The position numbers were made by a program, and so were the translations under genes. Source: an uncultured Bacilli bacterium (lineage in GTDB: Bacteria; Bacillota_I; Bacilli_A; RF39; UBA660). Taken from it: DNA of 64,000 nucleotides. Where the stretch lies: assembly GCA_950097225.1 (NCBI GenBank), contig CATNCE010000001.1, forward strand, positions 121,110-185,109. The letters are read 5' to 3'. This document shows, piece after piece, positions 58,933 to 64,000 of the stretch (position 1 is its first letter; each line of letters opens with the position of its first letter). The notes under the pieces were generated by a model. It was not told the origin of the DNA, did no database searches, and worked only from the letters and a program-made list of their open reading frames with translations.

Positions 58933-59499
58933 ATGAAGAAACTTAGAGAGAATAAAATTTTTAAAGTTATTAAAACTTTAGTTAATGTGAGTATTGCTGT
59001 TGTTTTGATTTCCTTCTTTGTAGTTGTGTGTTTGCAGCGTTTTAGTGGAAATAAATTAGCTATATTTAATTTCCGAATGTTTACTGTTGCATCAGGTAGT
59101 ATGCAACCTAAATATGTAGTTGGAGATGTTTTGTTGTCAAAACAAATTGATACTAAAAAGATTAAAGTGGGCGATACGATTAGCTATTTGGGAACTTCTG
59201 GGGATTTTCGTGATAAGGTCATAACGCATGAAGTTATTGCAATAGATAACTTAGATAACGGAAAAAGAGTGTTTCATACTAAAGGTATTGCCAATATAAT
59301 TGAGGATCCAGTTGTCAATGAAGAACAGGTATATGGAGTAGTAATTGGTAAAGCTAAGTTGCTGTCATGGATATATAAAATGATGTCGACAAAATATGGT
59401 ATATTTATAATTGTTATACCACTTCTATATATATTTGGGTCAGAGTTTCTATCTTTTTTATTAGAAAAAGAAGAGAAAAAGAGAAATATAGTTAAATGA
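58933..59499 (+). CDS. sipW: Signal peptidase I, SipW type
   Basis: VASGSMQP, VGD, ITHEV, TKGIAN..D; two TMs. Confidence 0.85.
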   Translation: MKKLRENKIFKVIKTLVNVSIAVVLISFFVVVCLQRFSGNKLAIFNFRMFTVASGSMQPKYVVGDVLLSKQIDTKKIKVGDTISYLGTSGDFRDKVITHEVIAIDNLDNGKRVFHTKGIANIIEDPVVNEEQVYGVVIGKAKLLSWIYKMMSTKYGIFIIVIPLLYIFGSEFLSFLLEKEEKKRNIVK

Positions 59500-59518
59500 G
59501 TGAGCTAGGAGGTAAATA

Positions 59519-60739
59519 ATGAATCGAAAGAAGAGAATATTGCTGAAGATGAATATTGTTTCGCTGTTCTTTATAGCTTTATCATTCGTTTCTATTACAC
59601 TAGCTTGGTTTGCCTATAGTGGTCTTGCAAAAGTTGAAACTGACGTTAATGTTAAAGCTTGGTATATTGAATTTCAAAAGGATAATAGTGCTACATCTAA
59701 TGATATAATTATTTCTTTAGATGATATTTATCCAGGAATGGAGCCGTCAAGTGAGAAGATTGATATAAAGAATTTTGGAGATTCTGATGCTATGGTTACG
59801 TACCAAATTACTTCGGCTCGAATATTGGATGAAGAGATCTCCGTTAGTGATGAGGACATGGTTAGTTTAATAGATAGATTATCGCATGATTATCCTTTTC
59901 ATATAAATGTTGGACTTTCTTCTTCTTTAGCAGTTAGAGAAGTTGGAAGTAGTGAACTTAATGTTTCGGTTTCTTGGCCAATGGATTCAGATAACGATGA
60001 GGCAGATAGCCAGTGGGGTGTTGCAGCTTTCAAGTTTAAAAAACAAGAAGAGGAAAAGAAGGCAGCAGATCCTTCATATCAAATTAGAAGTCCATTACGT
60101 ATAACAATTAATATGCGAGCAGAGCAATTTACTGATGATGTTAATTCTTTAGATCCTAAATATAATTTAGGAAACACTTTATTGTTTGATCCAGTTAACA
60201 ATGTTCGTTGTTCTAAGATAAGTACCACTTGTCTTAAGATGTATGTTATTGACACTGCTAATAAGGTAGGAGACAAGACAGTTACTTTAATGCCAGATTT
60301 GTATAAGGCCTATGGGCCAAGTAGATATGATAATCGTTTAACTACTTTAAATAATGCTGTAGCAAATTGGCAAGTTCCTACTGATGAATTAAGTGTTGAG
60401 CATTTGCTGCGAATAATCTCCTCAGATGTTGTTAAATCAACTCTTTCTAGAGAGAAGCTTTCTGATTCAATAATTGGTAGCATGCATTTAGATGAGCGAG
60501 TTTATGAAGAAATAGATAAGGCTAAAGATGGAAAAGGATATTTTACTTTTGATAATACTCGAAATAAAATGCTAGTTAGAAATGGTTGTTATTGGTTAAA
60601 GAATGAATATAGCTCTACTTCAGGATTTGCTGTTCAGAAGTACAATCAGATAAAAACGGAAATTTTAGGTCTTGATAAAATGAGCAGTTGTAATGTCGTT
60701 CCTATTATAAGTGTTGATAAAAAGGTGCTAGAACAATAA
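59519..60739 (+). CDS. SipW-dependent TasA/camelysin-like protein with additional C-terminal domain
   Basis: Leader ending SITLA|WF; IYPG..IKNFGD; C-terminal YWL..VVPII. Confidence 0.65.
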   Translation: MNRKKRILLKMNIVSLFFIALSFVSITLAWFAYSGLAKVETDVNVKAWYIEFQKDNSATSNDIIISLDDIYPGMEPSSEKIDIKNFGDSDAMVTYQITSARILDEEISVSDEDMVSLIDRLSHDYPFHINVGLSSSLAVREVGSSELNVSVSWPMDSDNDEADSQWGVAAFKFKKQEEEKKAADPSYQIRSPLRITINMRAEQFTDDVNSLDPKYNLGNTLLFDPVNNVRCSKISTTCLKMYVIDTANKVGDKTVTLMPDLYKAYGPSRYDNRLTTLNNAVANWQVPTDELSVEHLLRIISSDVVKSTLSREKLSDSIIGSMHLDERVYEEIDKAKDGKGYFTFDNTRNKMLVRNGCYWLKNEYSSTSGFAVQKYNQIKTEILGLDKMSSCNVVPIISVDKKVLEQ

Positions 60740-60740
60740 G

Positions 60741-60769
60741 AAAACTCTTGTGTATTCCAAGAGTTTTTT
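60741..60769 (+). terminator. Terminator closing the SipW/McrB operon
   Basis: AAAACTCTTG/CAAGAGTTTTTT. Confidence 0.8.
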
Positions 60770-60809
60770 GTTGACTAAATTAGGATAAATAAAAAAAGGA
60801 TTTAATCCT

Positions 60810-61424
60810 TTAATTAGTTTTTTGTGTAAATTCTAGAGAAGCCTTTATTTGCAATGTAGTATCTTCGCTAGCAGCTTTTATTCCGATTTCTGTATCTTTT
60901 TCATCATTCATTGTTTCGTTTTCGTTTTCAAACCATTCAAAGTAGATTCTAATAGTAAATGGTTCATAAGCATTTTCATTTATATTTAATGATCCTGTTA
61001 TTTGATTATCAGTAATATTTAATGTTTGAATGTTGTCTCCTTCTTGATGAGTAGTATTTAATAGTGCATATTTTGTTATCATTAAATCAGGTATTGCTTC
61101 GTTTAGTATTTCTAGTGATATTTTATAATTAAAAGATAGTTCTGTGTTTGATGGATCAATATCGATATCAAAATAGCCTTTTGATGATGGAGCAATCGTG
61201 TTTTTAGCAACATTAGTATTTTCTTCGATCACAGGTGTCAGTTCGATTGACGTCGTGTTTTCATTGGTTATATCATTTGAGTTTACTAGTATTTGCCATT
61301 TGGTAAATTTTACTTCAATGTTTCCACTAGTTCCTGCTACATAACGTGAATAGGTGTTACTCATTAGTCCTAACGTAAGTGAAAGGGACATGAGTGCTAG
61401 CAATATTTTAAATTTCTTTTTCAT
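60810..61424 (-). CDS. TasA-like filament subunit (SipW-type signal peptide)
   Basis: Leader ending SNTYS|RY, N-terminal strand ..KWQILVN, IAPSSKGYFDIDID, C-terminal LEFTQ. Confidence 0.65.
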   Translation of the reverse strand: MKKKFKILLALMSLSLTLGLMSNTYSRYVAGTSGNIEVKFTKWQILVNSNDITNENTTSIELTPVIEENTNVAKNTIAPSSKGYFDIDIDPSNTELSFNYKISLEILNEAIPDLMITKYALLNTTHQEGDNIQTLNITDNQITGSLNINENAYEPFTIRIYFEWFENENETMNDEKDTEIGIKAASEDTTLQIKASLEFTQKTN

Positions 61425-61656
61425 TATTATTTTACCTCTCTTAATTCTAAAATAATTATATCGTTTGGCATATTTTGTGTCAATCTATGTCGTAAAAAAG
61501 ATGTAATTGTCGTGTAAATAATTGTAAACAAGGAATAATATGGAGGAGTAGTTTATTGTTGATGCTTTTGGTAATATCTTTTTTTGACAAAATACTACAC
61601 TATAATCGTTGTAAACAAAATGGATTTTGTGATAAAATGTTACCAGAATAGGATGC

Positions 61657-63342
61657 ATGCTTATGAAGAAGAAAAGTTTACTAATTTTAAGTATATTGTT
61701 ACTTGTAATCGGATTTGCTACTGTAACAACTAACTTAATAATCAATAATACTTTAAACATCGGTTTTAATAATGCCTTCTTAGATAATGTTATATTCATA
61801 AATACTAAAACTGATGGTAAGGCATCAATTAGTTTAAATGGAAAAACAATCAGTTATGAAGCAAAAGAATTAACTAGTATAAATGAAGAAAATATATTAA
61901 CATTTTGGATAAAGAATGAAAATACTCAGTATGATGTTGAAGCTACTATATCTTGTAGCATAGACAATGTATCAGAAAATATCAAAGATTTAGTAAGTAT
62001 ATCAGTTGAGCCTAAAAACTTCACTTTAGCAAGTAATGAAGTAAAAAGTGGAGAGGTACGAATAGAAATGACTAGTGTTGTTACTGAAAGTATAGATGGG
62101 AATTTCACCTGTGAATTAATAGCAACACCAGTAGAAAGAGAAGAAACAGGTGTAATAACTGATACATGTGTCAATGCATTAAATGGAGCTGAGCCTGTAA
62201 TAAATGGTGAATTAATACCAGTTGAATTAGACAACAATGGAGTTGTCACATACTCTGATAAAAGTGAATCTTGGTATAACTATTGTGAACAAAAATGGGC
62301 TAATGCCATAATACTAGTTGATAATCCAAGTAAGCAATACAATGTAGGCGATGTTATAATTGAAGATGATATTGAATCATACTTTGTGTGGATCCCAAGA
62401 TATAGATATAAGTTATTTCATACTAACCAAGCTGATGGAACAGAAGCTAAGTTATCAGAAAGTATAGCCCAAGAAATCGAGATTGAGTTTGAGAGTAAAG
62501 ACACACAAGCATCAACTGGAAGTAAGGATGGCGAATGGTTAACACATCCTGCCTTCACAAACTTTGATGTAAATGGAATATGGGTAGGCAAATTTGAAGA
62601 AGGTTATAAAGGAGCAACAAATGCATCTTCAGCAGCTGTAAATTCAAGTGATCCAACGAAAATCCAGGTGAAGCCAAATGTATATTCATGGAGAGGTAGT
62701 ACTGTGGGTAACTTCTTCAAAGCTATGTATAATTATAATCGTGGGTTGGATTCGCATATGATGAAAAATACTGAGTGGGGAGCATTAGCATATTTAAGTC
62801 ATTCAAAATATGGAATAAATGATGAAGTAAGAATAAATAATAATTCAAACTATTTAACAGGATATGCAGCAACTACCAGAGATTCAAGTGCAAGTACATC
62901 AAATAATCAACCATATAATACAGAAACAGGATACTTAGCAAGTACAACTGGTAACATTACGGGAATTTATGATATGTCTGGTGGTTCGTGGGAGTACGTT
63001 GCTGGATATCGTAGTAATACAGTTGGCGAATCAGGTTTAACGGTATCGGAAATAAATAGTACATACCAAAAATATATTGATATTTATCCATCGAATTCTT
63101 CGGCCATTTCATATAGTAAAAGAATACTAGGAGATGCGACGGGAGAAACGGGCCCTTTTTATCAGAGTGGTAGTTGGTTTTATAATAATTGGTATATGAA
63201 TTTTTCACGTTTTGTAGAGTCGAGTAAACCATGGTTTCATCGTGGGGACTCTTTAGGAGAGAAGGCAGGGATTTTTGCTTTTGAGAGACATACTGGTAAT
63301 GCATATAGCGGTAACGCGGCTCGCCTCGTACTTCTAGGATAA
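61657..63342 (+). CDS. Secreted C-type-lectin-fold adhesin with variable C-terminus, copy 3
   Basis: Close paralogue of 45237-46931 over its full length; differs mainly in the last ~60 aa. Confidence 0.8.
   Translation: MLMKKKSLLILSILLLVIGFATVTTNLIINNTLNIGFNNAFLDNVIFINTKTDGKASISLNGKTISYEAKELTSINEENILTFWIKNENTQYDVEATISCSIDNVSENIKDLVSISVEPKNFTLASNEVKSGEVRIEMTSVVTESIDGNFTCELIATPVEREETGVITDTCVNALNGAEPVINGELIPVELDNNGVVTYSDKSESWYNYCEQKWANAIILVDNPSKQYNVGDVIIEDDIESYFVWIPRYRYKLFHTNQADGTEAKLSESIAQEIEIEFESKDTQASTGSKDGEWLTHPAFTNFDVNGIWVGKFEEGYKGATNASSAAVNSSDPTKIQVKPNVYSWRGSTVGNFFKAMYNYNRGLDSHMMKNTEWGALAYLSHSKYGINDEVRINNNSNYLTGYAATTRDSSASTSNNQPYNTETGYLASTTGNITGIYDMSGGSWEYVAGYRSNTVGESGLTVSEINSTYQKYIDIYPSNSSAISYSKRILGDATGETGPFYQSGSWFYNNWYMNFSRFVESSKPWFHRGDSLGEKAGIFAFERHTGNAYSGNAARLVLLG
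62638..62784 (+). repeat. Second copy of the 147-bp perfect repeat
   Basis: Identical to 46221-46367. Confidence 0.9.
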
Positions 63343-63495
63343 ATCTGAGCTACTAAAGTAGGTAAAATTTTTCCTATTTTTTTATAGCTAATCGTTTTAT
63401 TATTATTTTTAATTATTAGAAATATCGTTAAAAAATAATTTATTTTTGTTGCTTTTTTTGGCAAAATATGGCCTGCGTTTTTTGCTTGCGAATTT

Positions 63496-63535
63496 TGTCG
63501 AATATTGTTGACAAGGAAAAGTTCTATGATATAAT
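63496..63535 (+). promoter_or_regulatory. Consensus sigma-A promoter with adjacent Spo0A box
   Basis: TGTCGAA 63496-63502; TTGACA 63508-63513, 16 nt, TG-TATAAT 63530-63535. Confidence 0.65.
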
Positions 63536-63617
63536 TGTATTATATTGTAGAGAGTATCAGATATGTGTACATGGTAATGTATTAATGTATACTAAACAAT
63601 ACAAAGTGGGTGAAGAG

Positions 63618-64000
63618 ATGGAGAATAGAAGCGTGTACTTGAGTTCAGAAAAATTCAAGCGAGAGAGATGGATAAAAAAAGTTATCATCTTGGCTCTATT
63701 CTTCATTTTTTTAATGCTCATATTAATGTATTTTGTTTTTGGTATTGTTTATAATAATGGGAATTTTAGCGTAACGCTAGATCAAAATTTGTACTTCGAT
63801 AAGGGCCTCATTATTTATGATGATCCTGTTTATAAAGTGTATAGAACGGAACTTTATGCAGAAGCTCCAAGCCAATTTGACAATGTCTCACATACATGGC
63901 TTCCAAAAGACATTGATGAATTAGGCGGTGGTTCTCATAATGGCAAAAATTATCTGGCTTATACATTTTATGTAGAGAATCAGGGTACTGATGTGTCTGA
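63618..64000 (+). CDS. Membrane-anchored protein, 3'-truncated by window edge (probably continues the filament locus)
   Basis: Open frame MENRSV..TM..GGSHNGKNYLAYTFYVENQG to the window end; not in the ORF track. Confidence 0.75.
   Translation, partial: MENRSVYLSSEKFKRERWIKKVIILALFFIFLMLILMYFVFGIVYNNGNFSVTLDQNLYFDKGLIIYDDPVYKVYRTELYAEAPSQFDNVSHTWLPKDIDELGGGSHNGKNYLAYTFYVENQGTDVS

Noticed and set aside
45237-63342. A complete DGR cassette (RT, TR, avd) in the window
   Set aside because: No ORF with RT motifs (YxDD in an RT context) and no non-coding adenine-rich copy of any variable region was found; only target-like genes are present
845-63464. Short overlapping or antisense ORFs in the track (e.g. 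5493-5840, 20724-21116, 22519-22893, 45509-45862, 46717-47028, 54658-55293, 61926-62249)
   Set aside because: They are shadows of well-supported genes, without RBS or motifs; the similarity of 45509 and 61926 just mirrors the sense-strand paralogy

Overview
Low-GC chromosomal segment, standard genetic code. Gene content (spoIIP, spoVB, comN, recU-ponA, helD, yneF, compact housekeeping genes, many orphans) suggests a streamlined spore-forming Bacilli lineage, RF39/UBA660-like (inference). Positions 1-45 kb are mostly housekeeping: nrdDG-dut, obgE, rpmF, rpsB-tsf, pilB, ponA-recU, engB, der, rimM-trmD, tig, rel-dtd, uvrC. This part also has three single tRNAs (Arg-TCT, Met-CAT, Gln-CTG), a likely type I toxin-antitoxin/sRNA locus and several apparent pseudo-enzymes (hydrolase-dead Rel, degenerate PfkB and GDPD). 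The main discovery candidate spans 45.2-64 kb. It is a SipW-dependent (TasA-like) surface-filament gene cluster with three SipW paralogues: one apparently dead, one intact, and one fused to a degenerate EAL-like cytoplasmic domain. The cluster also encodes a membrane-anchored McrB-type AAA+ GTPase with a nuclease-less DUF2357/McrC-like partner. It is flanked by three paralogous C-type-lectin-fold adhesin genes with hypervariable, DGR-like C-termini and signs of gene conversion, and Spo0A boxes sit at three of its promoters. No reverse transcriptase, template repeat, CRISPR array, rRNA or transposase is visible. All calls come from reading motifs by eye; no searches were run.
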